Assembly (NCBI GenBank): GCA_016840085.1
Contig: JAEOTA010000043.1
Location: forward strand, 1 to 64,000
Length of the DNA: 64,000 nucleotides
Direction: 5' to 3'
From: Promethearchaeota archaeon
Lineage (GTDB): Archaea > Asgardarchaeota > Lokiarchaeia > Sigyniarchaeales > SOKP01
The position numbers were made by a program, and so were the translations under genes. Below, piece by piece: positions 39,114-49,333 of this stretch (its first letter is position 1; every line of letters starts with the position of its first letter). Under the pieces are notes generated by a model, which did not search any database, was not told the origin of the DNA, and saw only the letters and a program-made list of their open reading frames with translations.

Positions 39114-40012
39114 TGTTAGGGAAAAATTTAACAATAATAGGCGGTTCAGGAGGAATGGGCCGCGTTTTTTCAAGATATTTTAAACAGCATGGCTTTAATG
39201 TCACGATAAATGCTCGAAATGCGAAAAAACTGAGACAGATCGCTGAAGACTTAGGGGTAAATTATGAGTTAGATCTCAAAAAAAGTGTAGAAAATGCTGA
39301 TATTGTAATGGTTTCAATTCCTATTCACTCAACACCTAAGATGATTGAAAATATAGTCCCATTCATGAAAGAAAATTCTCTAATTTTTGATATAACATCA
39401 ATCAAAAGAGAAACTTATAGAGTGTTAAATATAGCTCATAATAAATTCCATATAAACTGCTTATCTCTTCATCCTATGTTTGGTCCTGGTATTAAGAATT
39501 TTAAAAATTACACACTTATTGTTTTAAGAGTTGGAGGTACAAAACACTACAATGAAACTGTCGAAGAATTTTTGGATTTGTTTAAATCAGATGGACTAGT
39601 TATAACTGAAACTACACTAGAAGTCCATGATAAGCATATTGCATTAACCCTAGGGGTACCGCATATGTTAAACATCCTTTTCTTGAATTTATTAAAAAGA
39701 ACTAATGAATCTTTATCTGAATTAACAAGATATACTGGTACAACATTCTTACTACAAAAAGTCTTCGCTGAAAGTATTATCCAAAGAGAAATGGAAATGT
39801 TTGGCGAAATTCAAATAGAAAATCAAGATTTTTATACTATCTTAGAATTATTTGAGAATTTAATTAAAGAATATAAAAATATAATTAAAACAAAAGATTT
39901 AAAGAGATTCTCCAATATTTTTTCTCAGGGACTGGAATATTCTAAAAAAGATATTCATTTTGAGAATTCATACAAATACTTCTATAAATTTATGAAAATC
40001 TTAAAAGAATAA
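39110..40012 (+). CDS. tyrA: Prephenate/arogenate dehydrogenase
   Basis: IIGGSGGMG, DITSIK, HPMFGP and HD motifs. Confidence 0.9.
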   Translation: MMLGKNLTIIGGSGGMGRVFSRYFKQHGFNVTINARNAKKLRQIAEDLGVNYELDLKKSVENADIVMVSIPIHSTPKMIENIVPFMKENSLIFDITSIKRETYRVLNIAHNKFHINCLSLHPMFGPGIKNFKNYTLIVLRVGGTKHYNETVEEFLDLFKSDGLVITETTLEVHDKHIALTLGVPHMLNILFLNLLKRTNESLSELTRYTGTTFLLQKVFAESIIQREMEMFGEIQIENQDFYTILELFENLIKEYKNIIKTKDLKRFSNIFSQGLEYSKKDIHFENSYKYFYKFMKILKE

Positions 40013-40034
40013 AAAGAATAAAAAATTGTTAAAT

Positions 40035-40418
40035 TTATTCAGTACTGCTTCCACATAAGGGACAAAACTTAGCATTTTCTCTTTGATTCAGCTCAACTCC
40101 ACAGTTAAAACAGAATTTTGCCTTTTCCTCAACTAACTGCGTTTTTGCTATAGGTTTCTGATTCTCAATTTGAGTGGAAGTGCTAATTAATTGATAATTT
40201 GAATTTGATTGAGTAATAGTCATTTGACGTGGTTCACAAACATGATTACAATTTGTACAACGGTTTTGTGGTTTATCCAAATAAATCGCAACATAAATTA
40301 ATAATCCAAGACCGCCTGTAAATATAGCTAAAATTATTGCTAAACCGATTCTAAAATCCTCTTTTTTAGTGGAAACATTCATTTTACAGTGAGGACAATA
40401 CATCACAGACATAGACAT
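40035..40418 (-). CDS. LITAF-like membrane zinc-ribbon protein
   Basis: CxxC, hydrophobic hairpin, CxxC, plus C-terminal zinc ribbon. Confidence 0.65.
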   Translation of the reverse strand: MSMSVMYCPHCKMNVSTKKEDFRIGLAIILAIFTGGLGLLIYVAIYLDKPQNRCTNCNHVCEPRQMTITQSNSNYQLISTSTQIENQKPIAKTQLVEEKAKFCFNCGVELNQRENAKFCPLCGSSTE

Positions 40419-40583
40419 TTTTTTACCTCCAATTTTTCTTTTTAAAAACTATTTCTTTTCTTTAATTAAGTAATATAGAAAGAGATACAAAAATGATCTT
40501 TAGACCAATTTTTAATTTGAGAAAGAATACTAACTAAAGAAATTTGAAGGAGAATGTAATTATAATAAAAAAAAACTATTATT

Positions 40584-40973
40584 TTAGACTTTACCACCAC
40601 AATTTGGACAATATTTTACTCCAGCTTCTAATTTTTCACCACATAATGAGCAAAAACTAGGCATATCTCCTGTTATTTCCTCAGTTACCCCAACTGGTGC
40701 TGGTGCTGGTGCAGAATAAGCTCCCCTTTGAAGGCTTTGGGGTTGGGATTGATAAGCAAATTGACTCTGCGGTTGAGAGACAGTGATTTTAGTTTTGCAA
40801 TGCACGCAAGTGTTTTCTTCTTTAGAATAATACCAAATTAAATAGATTATCAGACCAATTCCAGCAGTGAAAATCAGCAATACTATTGCGAGACAAGTGT
40901 CAATATCTTGACGAGTTAATAACACATTCTGATTACACCTAGGACAAAAGCCGGTAGGATTAACAGTTGGCAT
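40584..40973 (-). CDS. LITAF-like membrane zinc-ribbon protein
   Basis: Same architecture with a Gln/Pro-rich linker. Confidence 0.65.
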   Translation of the reverse strand: MPTVNPTGFCPRCNQNVLLTRQDIDTCLAIVLLIFTAGIGLIIYLIWYYSKEENTCVHCKTKITVSQPQSQFAYQSQPQSLQRGAYSAPAPAPVGVTEEITGDMPSFCSLCGEKLEAGVKYCPNCGGKV

Positions 40974-41047
40974 TTCTTAACCTTATTTTATAATAATTAT
41001 ATTGTTGTTATAATTAAGATAAAGAATGATAGTATTCATATATATTT

Positions 41048-41443
41048 TTATTCTTTAAGATTAACCCCACAACTCGGACAAATTTCGTCTTGTGCATTAA
41101 TTTCCTGTTGACAGTATTGACAATGCAGTTTGTTAGCATCTTTTTCTTTTTTTTCTTGTTCTATTGTTTGAAGAATTCGGGTAATTTGGGCTTTAGGTTC
41201 AGGAATTTCTTCGCGTGAATTGTAAAAATCTAATTGATTTTGGCAAAAAGGGCAAACTGTCTTTTTTGAAATAATATAACGATAAATTAAAAAAGGAATA
41301 AGAGCAAATCCTAATGATGCAAAAATGCAAAGAATCCATATATTAAGATACATACCTTCAATTGCTTTTCTTTTTGGATTTTCAATTTCTCTCTCACAAT
41401 TATCGCAATATGCGAATGTCTGACTTTTTTCCATCTCTCTCAT
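41048..41443 (-). CDS. LITAF-like membrane zinc-ribbon protein
   Basis: Same architecture, more diverged. Confidence 0.6.
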   Translation of the reverse strand: MREMEKSQTFAYCDNCEREIENPKRKAIEGMYLNIWILCIFASLGFALIPFLIYRYIISKKTVCPFCQNQLDFYNSREEIPEPKAQITRILQTIEQEKKEKDANKLHCQYCQQEINAQDEICPSCGVNLKE

Positions 41444-41633
41444 TTTAAATAAGATTACACAATCATTTTAATTTTTGTGGTAAAGTTTTTTCATTCTATT
41501 ACTTGATAAAATATTATATTTCAATTTGTTAAAAAATTAATAAAATAAGTTCATTAAAAATAAAATCAATATGTCCTTATTGATTTATAATCTATAGGAT
41601 TTCAATTTTGAAAGCTAATTGTTTTGAATTAAT

Positions 41634-42251
41634 TTGACGCAAAAATCTTACTTCATTGCACTAGAAGGTATTGATGGATGTGGTACAAGCACTCATAGTC
41701 ATCTCCTTAAAGGATTTTTAGAAAGCAAAGGTTTAAAAGTTCATTTAACGATGGAACCTTCTGAAAGTGACATAGGGAGATTGGTCAGGAAATATTTAAA
41801 AGATAAAGATGTTCCTCCTACTACAGATGCCTTATTATTTGCGTCTGATAGAGATCTCCATTATAAAAATGAAATAAAGAATAAACTTGAAGAGGGATAT
41901 ATCGTTATCTCAGATCGATATCTAGAATCTTCAATAGTATATCAATCGGTACAATCTGATAAAATTTCAGTTGATTGGGTTAAAGAAATAAACAAATTTG
42001 TAGGCTTACCTGATATTACAATCATTTTGGACATAGATCCAAAAATAGCATTAGCAAGAAAAGAAGATGAAGATTTAGAAAAATTTGAAGATACTAACTT
42101 TTTAGATAAGGTGAGAGATCTTTATCTTACTCGAGCTAAACAAGAGGGATATACTATTATTAGTTCAGATGACATAATAGAATTTGTCCAAGAAAAGATT
42201 CAAAAAATTATATTGGATAAACTTAGTAAATTGGGTTATATTATAAGTTAA
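41634..42251 (+). CDS. tmk: Thymidylate kinase
   Basis: FIALEGIDGCG, LLFASDR and ISDRYLESSIVYQ motifs. Confidence 0.93.
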   Translation: MTQKSYFIALEGIDGCGTSTHSHLLKGFLESKGLKVHLTMEPSESDIGRLVRKYLKDKDVPPTTDALLFASDRDLHYKNEIKNKLEEGYIVISDRYLESSIVYQSVQSDKISVDWVKEINKFVGLPDITIILDIDPKIALARKEDEDLEKFEDTNFLDKVRDLYLTRAKQEGYTIISSDDIIEFVQEKIQKIILDKLSKLGYIIS

Positions 42252-42331
42252 AATAATAAAACCTAAATTATAATTGCGACTTTAGAAATTGGAATTATTT
42301 ATTCTGAATCTATAAAAATTCTCGATAAAAG

Positions 42332-43621
42332 TTGAAGAATAGTAAATCTACTGAATATTTTTCCTTTAATGCTGACCGGTTATTTGATTTAGTAAAACAT
42401 TTTAGTTTTCCTAGATTAGCTGGGACTGAGGGTGAGCAAAAAGCTGTAGAACTTGCTGTAGAAACATTTAAGAAAAATGGTTTTGATGATTCGCAAATAC
42501 AAAAACAACCCTTTGAATTCTCTGATTTTTATTCTACGACCTTAATCAAGTTAATTATGGTTATCAACTTAACATTTTCATTATTTATTTTGATGTTTGT
42601 ATATATTGAATTATTTATTACAATATTTATCATAAGTAGTGGGATTATACTAATTATGTTAATTATTAGAGGCTTAAAACATCCTGAAGATTCTGGTTTT
42701 TGGGGGGAATACTATGGAAAAACAATTTCAGCGACTAATGTATTTGCAAAACTAAATGCCACGGTGATTCCAACTGAAACTGCTGGAAATATAATTATTT
42801 CCGCGCACTTAGATTCGAAGTCACAGACCTTTAAAACATTATGGAGAGTAATTTTCTATCGTGTTTGGCTCTATGGAGGTATTTTTTTAGGAGGATTCCT
42901 AATAGCTTTATTTCTTGGAACTTATACGGCTTTAAAACTAAACTTACTTGTCATAAGGGTGGGCCTTTGGGTATTTACAATTTTAATTTCAATTTCAAAC
43001 ATATTTTTAATGTTTCTAAGCACTCATAATAGATCCCCTGGTGCTTTAGATAATGCGTCCGGTATGGGTATTACATTTGAATTAAGCAAATATTTTAAAG
43101 AACATCCTCTGAAGAACTTCAATATTTGGTTTTGCCAGTTTTCTGCTGAAGAATTAGGAACTATGGGATCAAGAATTTTTGTTAATACTCATGAAGATAA
43201 ATTTGTTAAAGGAAGAATATTTCAGATTAATTTAGATATGGTTTCATGTGCTAATGACAAAAAAAATAAGCTTCAATTTTTAAAATCTTATGGAGTTTTC
43301 CCACGTAAAAAAATAGCACCTTTACTCAGTAAATATTTGGAAAAAGCTTCAGAAGAAGTTAATTTAAAAATAACAGGATTTCATTTATCTACAGGGGCTC
43401 ATACAGATTCTGTTCCTTTTCATTTAAGAGGATATGATTCTGTTGATATCACTACAAAAGTTGCTGGAAAACATACTCATACTATAGAGGATACTCCGGA
43501 TAAAGTTGATCCAAAAATATTACTAGAAGCATGTCTAATTATTCGAAAAGTAATAGTATTGATTGATAATGATTATGAAATGTTATGTAAAAATCAACAA
43601 TTAGTATGTGATGAAAATTGA
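42332..43621 (+). CDS. Membrane-embedded M28 family peptidase
   Basis: SAHLDS, GALDNASG, AEELG, NLDM and TD motifs. Confidence 0.85.
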   Translation: MKNSKSTEYFSFNADRLFDLVKHFSFPRLAGTEGEQKAVELAVETFKKNGFDDSQIQKQPFEFSDFYSTTLIKLIMVINLTFSLFILMFVYIELFITIFIISSGIILIMLIIRGLKHPEDSGFWGEYYGKTISATNVFAKLNATVIPTETAGNIIISAHLDSKSQTFKTLWRVIFYRVWLYGGIFLGGFLIALFLGTYTALKLNLLVIRVGLWVFTILISISNIFLMFLSTHNRSPGALDNASGMGITFELSKYFKEHPLKNFNIWFCQFSAEELGTMGSRIFVNTHEDKFVKGRIFQINLDMVSCANDKKNKLQFLKSYGVFPRKKIAPLLSKYLEKASEEVNLKITGFHLSTGAHTDSVPFHLRGYDSVDITTKVAGKHTHTIEDTPDKVDPKILLEACLIIRKVIVLIDNDYEMLCKNQQLVCDEN

Positions 43622-44877
43622 ATTACACCTTGGCAGAAAAAATATTATTGGAACATTCAAATCTTAAAGAAATTTCTCCAGGACAGTTTATTGATTGTGA
43701 TATCGATTTAATAATGGTCCATGAACAATTAGGAGGACGAATACATAGAGAGTATGAAAAATTAGGTATTGATTATGTTTGGGATCCTAATAAAATCTTT
43801 TTTATTCTTGATCACTGGGTACCTGCTCCTACAATTTCAGCAGCTGAAATGCATCAAGATTGTAGAAAATTTGCAGAAAAATACAAATTTATTCATAACA
43901 TCGGAATGGATAAAGGTATTTGCCATCAAGTCTTACCAGAGATGGGATTTGCCCGACCTGGTATGTTAATAGTAGGTTCTGACAGTCATACAACTACTTA
44001 TGGTGTTTTTAATTGTTTATCTACAGGTATCGGAGCTACTGATGTGTCTGTTGTTTTTGCTACTGGAAAATTATGGTTTAAGGTCCCAGAATCATTTAAA
44101 ATAAATCTTTCTGGTAAATTAAATAAAGGAGTGATGTCAAAAGATTTTATCCTAAAATTAATAGGTGACATGTCTACCAAAGGTGCTATTTATAAATCTT
44201 TGGAATTTCATGGAGATGGTGCAAAATCATTATCAATTGATGGACGTATGACAATTTCAAATATGGTTGTAGAGGCGGGGGCTAAATTTGGTATTTTTTT
44301 ACCTGATGAAAAAGTAACTGATTGGCTCCATAAAAGAACTAATGAAACATTTCAATTTGTATATCCTGATGACGATGCTCTATACGAAAAAACTTTCGAT
44401 TATAATTTATCGGATATTACTCCTGTTGTTGCAAAGCCATCTACTCCGGATAATTTAGCTTACATTGAAGAAGTAGAAGGAATTGAATTTGATCAAGCAT
44501 TTATTGGAAGTTGTACAAACGGTAGAATGGAAGATCTTAGGATTGCCGCAAGAATTTTAAAAGGAAAGAAGATAAATTCTAAAATAAGATTGATAATCAT
44601 TCCTGCTTCTAAAGAAATATATAAAGAAGCATTACATGAGGGTTTAATTGAAATATTTATTAACGCTGGAGCAATATTTGGACATTCCACCTGTGGTCCT
44701 TGTATTGGTGGACATATGGGTGTATTAGGATCAGATGAAATTTGTATAAGTAGTTCTAATCGAAATTTTGTTGGGAGGATGGGTTCGCCTAGTTCTCAAA
44801 TCTACTTAGCATCACCCGCTACTATTGCGGCTTCTGCTATAAGAGGCAAAATTACAGATCCTAGAGAGGTATTATAA
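43618..44877 (+). CDS. leuC: 3-isopropylmalate dehydratase/homoaconitase large subunit
   Basis: DH, GICHQ, GSDSHT, IGSCTNGR, CGPC and NRNFVGRMG motifs; substrate not resolvable (could be hacA). Confidence 0.88.
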   Translation: MNYTLAEKILLEHSNLKEISPGQFIDCDIDLIMVHEQLGGRIHREYEKLGIDYVWDPNKIFFILDHWVPAPTISAAEMHQDCRKFAEKYKFIHNIGMDKGICHQVLPEMGFARPGMLIVGSDSHTTTYGVFNCLSTGIGATDVSVVFATGKLWFKVPESFKINLSGKLNKGVMSKDFILKLIGDMSTKGAIYKSLEFHGDGAKSLSIDGRMTISNMVVEAGAKFGIFLPDEKVTDWLHKRTNETFQFVYPDDDALYEKTFDYNLSDITPVVAKPSTPDNLAYIEEVEGIEFDQAFIGSCTNGRMEDLRIAARILKGKKINSKIRLIIIPASKEIYKEALHEGLIEIFINAGAIFGHSTCGPCIGGHMGVLGSDEICISSSNRNFVGRMGSPSSQIYLASPATIAASAIRGKITDPREVL

Positions 44878-45378
44878 ATGATTGATATAATTGGAGGTTT
44901 CGTTTATATTTTGGGAGATAATATTACTACTGATGATATTGTCCCCAGTGATGTCTTAACATTAAGAGATACAAATGATATGGCTAAAAGTACTCTAAAA
45001 TACATTGATCAGTACTTTGTACAAAATATTAACAGAGGAAATATTATTGTAGCAGGAGAAAATTTTGGATCAGGCAGTTCTCGGGAAGAAGCTGTTAATG
45101 TATTTAAAATTTTAGGAGTAAAAGCAATTATAGCTAAATCTTTTGCTCGAATTTATTTTAGAAATCTGATTAATTTAGGTATTCCGGGTATTCAATTAAA
45201 ATGGGAAGATATTCATTTTTCAAAAGAAGATGATCTAGAGATTTCACTTGATCAAGGAATAATTTTTAATAAAAGTAAAAATCTAAAGATTCAATTTGAA
45301 AAATTGCCAACTTTTTTAACAGAAATATTAGAAGAAGGAGGAATTTTAAACCGATTAAAGAGGAATTTAAAGAAGTAA
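44878..45378 (+). CDS. leuD: 3-isopropylmalate dehydratase/homoaconitase small subunit
   Basis: DNITTDDI, NFGSGSSRE and SFARIYFRN motifs. Confidence 0.88.
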   Translation: MIDIIGGFVYILGDNITTDDIVPSDVLTLRDTNDMAKSTLKYIDQYFVQNINRGNIIVAGENFGSGSSREEAVNVFKILGVKAIIAKSFARIYFRNLINLGIPGIQLKWEDIHFSKEDDLEISLDQGIIFNKSKNLKIQFEKLPTFLTEILEEGGILNRLKRNLKK

Positions 45379-45383
45379 TATTA

Positions 45384-45923
45384 TTACATTAGTCTTTCTA
45401 TTTCTTTTTGAATCTCTTCTATTCTTCTTTTTGATTTTAACAAAATTTTACTTCTACCATACTTCTGAAACCATCTATTAAACCTTTCATGTATTGTAAC
45501 TTCTCTAGTTCCTGCCATATGCTTATCAGCCAAACATATAATTTTTTCTTCTAATGTGATTGGTAAGTAATCTTTTTCAGGTAATCCAAACCTCTTAGCA
45601 TCTATTTTATCCAATCCTCCTAAAATATGCCTTTCACAGATTTTCGAGAGTTTATCTGAAAAACCTCTCTCTCTTAATATCTTACTTCCAATTAAAGCAT
45701 GTTTAAACCCATGTGTTTTAGTTCTTCCTATATCGTGTAATAATGCTCCAATTTCAATTAAATTCAAGTCAACTTTAACTTTAGTTATTTTTTTTGCGAT
45801 ATCTAAAGCCTTATCTGCAACTTTTTCAGAATGACGCCTAACTGAATGTTGGATTTTTAGACTTCTAAGTAAATCAAGTGCAAATTCCCGATCAGGTAGA
45901 ATTTCTTCTTTTTTATTCCCCAT
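45384..45923 (-). CDS. HD-domain metal-dependent phosphohydrolase
   Basis: LLHDIGR, ERH and EEKIICLADK motifs. Confidence 0.88.
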   Translation of the reverse strand: MGNKKEEILPDREFALDLLRSLKIQHSVRRHSEKVADKALDIAKKITKVKVDLNLIEIGALLHDIGRTKTHGFKHALIGSKILRERGFSDKLSKICERHILGGLDKIDAKRFGLPEKDYLPITLEEKIICLADKHMAGTREVTIHERFNRWFQKYGRSKILLKSKRRIEEIQKEIERLM

Positions 45924-46027
45924 TAATAACTTATATTATCAACTAATATTAAATTTTTTTAAGATAAGTCGGATTATAACCCAATTAGAATTTCTTAAAG
46001 AAAGAAAAAAGATAAACCATAAGATGA

Positions 46028-46516
46028 TTAATAAAACTCTTCATATGGACCACTTATTAGCCCACCGATTAGTCCTCCTGTAAAGGCTCCTAAAAAGGCA
46101 CTAAAAATCCCCCCTAATGTTTCAGTTAATTGATTTCCTTGAAATAAAGCCATTAAATCTACCCCAGAAATTATACTTATTATAATCCAGATTAATAAAA
46201 CTACTACAACCACTAATACACTTGATATAATACCTCTTCTTAAACCTTTTGCTATTGTACCACTAATATACCCTATAAATAGCCAAGCTAGAAGTTGTGC
46301 TGCGAAAAATCCTGAAACTGTTAAAGATCCGGAAAAAAATGCGATGATATCAAATTTAAAATTAGCACCAACTAATAATGCAATCGCTTTTAATAAATCA
46401 GAACCGGCATAAGTGTGGATTTGATTAATGAGACTCTCCATATTAAAGAAAAATACACTAAAAAAACTTAAAATAATGCCAGTTATGATTCCTAAAATTA
46501 ACCGATAAGAAGCCAT
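46028..46516 (-). CDS. Hypothetical Gly-rich membrane protein
   Basis: 4-5 TM helices. Confidence 0.7.
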   Translation of the reverse strand: MASYRLILGIITGIILSFFSVFFFNMESLINQIHTYAGSDLLKAIALLVGANFKFDIIAFFSGSLTVSGFFAAQLLAWLFIGYISGTIAKGLRRGIISSVLVVVVVLLIWIIISIISGVDLMALFQGNQLTETLGGIFSAFLGAFTGGLIGGLISGPYEEFY

Positions 46517-46749
46517 TATTTAAACTAGTATAAAATTAAATTTTTATATAATAAATGTAATTGATTAGATATATTAATAATTAAAATCATTTTTGCTATA
46601 TTAATACTTTAGTTCTTAGAGATTTAGCAAAAACCTCTTAATAAAATATTAAAATTATGGTATATTTAAGTAATTATTCATTGAATTTTGAAAATTTCAG
46701 AATAACAAATTAAAATTGATATAAGAAAAACATTAACAAGGCTTTAATC

Positions 46750-47577
46750 TTGGCAAAAAGGAAAAAAAAGACTGTTGATGAGGAAACAGAAAAAAAAGAG
46801 GAGATCTTAGAAGATTTTGAAGATGATTTCAATATTGACTTTGAAGATGATTTGGATTTAGAAGAAGAACTTGAATTATTAGATACTGATGACATAGAAA
46901 CTGATATAGAGGCTAGAGAAGAATTAATTGATAAAGACGAAGAAAGAAAGCAACTATATTTAAGCTGTGGGATTCATATTGGAACTAAGCTTCTCACAGG
47001 CGATGCTAGACGTTTTATATATCGTCAAACAAATTATGGCCTATATGTAATTGATTTAACTAAAACAGATGAGCGACTGAAAATAGCTGCTAGATTTTTA
47101 AGCAAATATATTGAAGAAGGAAGCGATAGAGTAATTGTGACAAGTGTACGCAGATACGGAAAAGAACCAGTTCGTCAATTTTGCAAAGTTCTTGGATGTA
47201 AAGCGATAACTGAACGTTTTATACCCGGAAGTTTAACAAACCCTTCAATAGATCCTTATATTAAGGATGCTAGTGTTGTTGTAATAGTTGATCCTCATGC
47301 AGATAAAGTTATTCTGAGAGAAGCTAAATTAGCTCGAATTCCAGTAGTTTCTCTTTTCGATACTGATGATACACTAAGAGGAATAGATCTTGCGATTCCA
47401 GCAAATAATCGCGGAAAAAAAGCATTAGGTTTAGCTTTTTGGCTCTTAGCACGACAAATTATGTTAGAAGTAGGAAAAATTTCAAGTGAAGAAGAATTTC
47501 CATATACATTGGAGGAATTCACCTCGAAAATTGTTCCGGTATACCGACAAGAACAACAAAATCAAGCAAGAAGATGA
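46750..47577 (+). CDS. rps2: Ribosomal protein uS2 with acidic N-terminal extension
   Basis: GIHIGT, RFIPGSLTNP and IPANNRG motifs. Confidence 0.95.
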   Translation: MAKRKKKTVDEETEKKEEILEDFEDDFNIDFEDDLDLEEELELLDTDDIETDIEAREELIDKDEERKQLYLSCGIHIGTKLLTGDARRFIYRQTNYGLYVIDLTKTDERLKIAARFLSKYIEEGSDRVIVTSVRRYGKEPVRQFCKVLGCKAITERFIPGSLTNPSIDPYIKDASVVVIVDPHADKVILREAKLARIPVVSLFDTDDTLRGIDLAIPANNRGKKALGLAFWLLARQIMLEVGKISSEEEFPYTLEEFTSKIVPVYRQEQQNQARR

Positions 47578-47731
47578 TTTATTAATTATTACTTTCCTTA
47601 TTAATTCCATTTATAATTCTTATTTTAATAATCCTTATTCTTTTGAATTATTTATAATAAATTTTTAATCTTAAATCAATTTCATTACCCTAAGGAATAA
47701 TAACTAATATTAAGTATAGGGTTTATTTAGA

Positions 47732-47881
47732 TCACTTGCCAATTTTATAAATCTGGAGTTCATATTCTTTTTCAGGATTAATTTTTCCTGAGCGGATATA
47801 TTCGATTGGGATGTTAAAATAGTAGTTTTTTCCTTTTTTTGTCGGCTTTTTTATGAGTGTGGTAATTAATGCTACGTCCAT
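47732..47881 (-). CDS. Small AbrB/SpoVT-like DNA-binding protein (49 aa, not in ORF track)
   Basis: MDVALITTLIKKPTKKGKNYYFNIPIEYIRSGKINPEKEYELQIYKIGK; paralog of 25940-26098. Confidence 0.75.
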   Translation of the reverse strand: MDVALITTLIKKPTKKGKNYYFNIPIEYIRSGKINPEKEYELQIYKIGK

Positions 47882-47986
47882 AGTGTACCATTAAGTATTA
47901 TATTATATATATCTTTTGGTATAATACACAAAATCAGCAGGGTCTTTGAAGATATAAGCCATGAGGTATTATTCTACGTAAGAATC
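47882..47986. promoter_or_regulatory. Divergent promoter homologous to 25855-25939
   Basis: Reverse complement aligns as TGATTTT..GTAT.A.ACC..AAG.TATATATA.TATAA.A.TT.ATGG.A.A.TATG. Confidence 0.7.
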
Positions 47987-49321
47987 ATGACGCACTTAAA
48001 TCCCAATTCTGAATTTAGAACAGAGTATATTTATTTGAATACGAAACAAGTTCGAGTTCTCATAAACAGATTAAAGTGTAAAAAGGAGATGACGCAAAAA
48101 GCAATTAGCGAGAAGATTGGGTCAAGTATTGGGAGTGTGTTAGCAAGGGGATCAGCACTCAAATACGAAAGTTATCAAAAATTAAGTGAATTGGCTAGAA
48201 AGGTAAATTTAACGGTTGACATAACGCAAAGGAAATATGTTTATAATCATTCTATCGCATCACTGCAAAAATTAGCGAAAGAGATTGGGCTAAAGAAAAC
48301 GGGAGTAGCGGGGAAATTCTTGTCAAAAAAGTATAGAGGGATGAATACATCACATAAATGGCAATGTGGGAGATGCGGAAAAATCTGGAATACATCCCCT
48401 AATAGCATCATGTATCAAGAAAGTTGGTGTACAAGGTGTTCAGGGCGGGAAACATGGACATATGAACAGATGGTAGAATTAGCAAGAGTGGGTGGTATAG
48501 AAAAGACAGGAGTAGCGGGTAAATTTTTAATGAGTAAAAGGGAATATGAACAGCAAACATATCCAGATAGAAGTAAATATCAATGGGAGTGCGGGAAGTG
48601 CGGACATAGGTGGGAATCAAGTGCAAATAACATAAAGCGGGGGTCATGGTGTAGAGAATGTCAATATACTCATCTTTCACGCACATTAAGGACGCCATAT
48701 CATGAAATAGTAAAATTGGCAGAAAAAGTCGGGATTATGAAAACAGGGTATGCGGGTGTATTCTTTGCGAGTAAAGAAGAATATCAAAAAGTTCAAACTC
48801 CCAGCCATCATAAATTTATGTGGCAATGCGGAAAATGTCATGAGGTTTTTGAGATGGATATAACCCACGTTAGTCGACCGCAGTGGTGTCCAAGTTGTAC
48901 TGAAGGAGAAAGCGAAGAAGTGTGTCGAGGGTTCTTTGAACATATTTTTAAGGCAAAATTTCAAAAAGGGCATCCAGAATGGCTTGTTAACCCTTTTAGT
49001 GGAGGAAAGATGCACCTTGATGGCTATAACAAAAGATTAAAATTAGCATTCGAGTTTAACGGTCCGCAACATTATAAAATGTATCCAAAATATCATAAGA
49101 AGTATCAAGATTTTGTGAAACAACAGGAGCGGGATCTGTTCAAAGCGACACTATGTAAGGAAAAGGACATTAATTTAATTGTAGTTCCCTATTGGTTTGA
49201 TTATGATGAATTTCAGGAACATATTATAGAAGAATATGCGAAATTAACTGGGAATGTACTAAAAAAAATTCCTAAGTATGATTGGAGTAAATTTAAGAGA
49301 CAAAATTCTAGTTTAAAATAA
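47987..49321 (+). CDS. HTH + three zinc-finger repeats + Vsr/PD-(D/E)XK-like endonuclease
   Basis: Three KTGxAG...W.CGxC...WCxxC repeats; SE..CR...LDGY...AFEFNGPQHY nuclease signature. Confidence 0.8.
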   Translation: MTHLNPNSEFRTEYIYLNTKQVRVLINRLKCKKEMTQKAISEKIGSSIGSVLARGSALKYESYQKLSELARKVNLTVDITQRKYVYNHSIASLQKLAKEIGLKKTGVAGKFLSKKYRGMNTSHKWQCGRCGKIWNTSPNSIMYQESWCTRCSGRETWTYEQMVELARVGGIEKTGVAGKFLMSKREYEQQTYPDRSKYQWECGKCGHRWESSANNIKRGSWCRECQYTHLSRTLRTPYHEIVKLAEKVGIMKTGYAGVFFASKEEYQKVQTPSHHKFMWQCGKCHEVFEMDITHVSRPQWCPSCTEGESEEVCRGFFEHIFKAKFQKGHPEWLVNPFSGGKMHLDGYNKRLKLAFEFNGPQHYKMYPKYHKKYQDFVKQQERDLFKATLCKEKDINLIVVPYWFDYDEFQEHIIEEYAKLTGNVLKKIPKYDWSKFKRQNSSLK

Positions 49322-49333
49322 ATAAACTATTTT

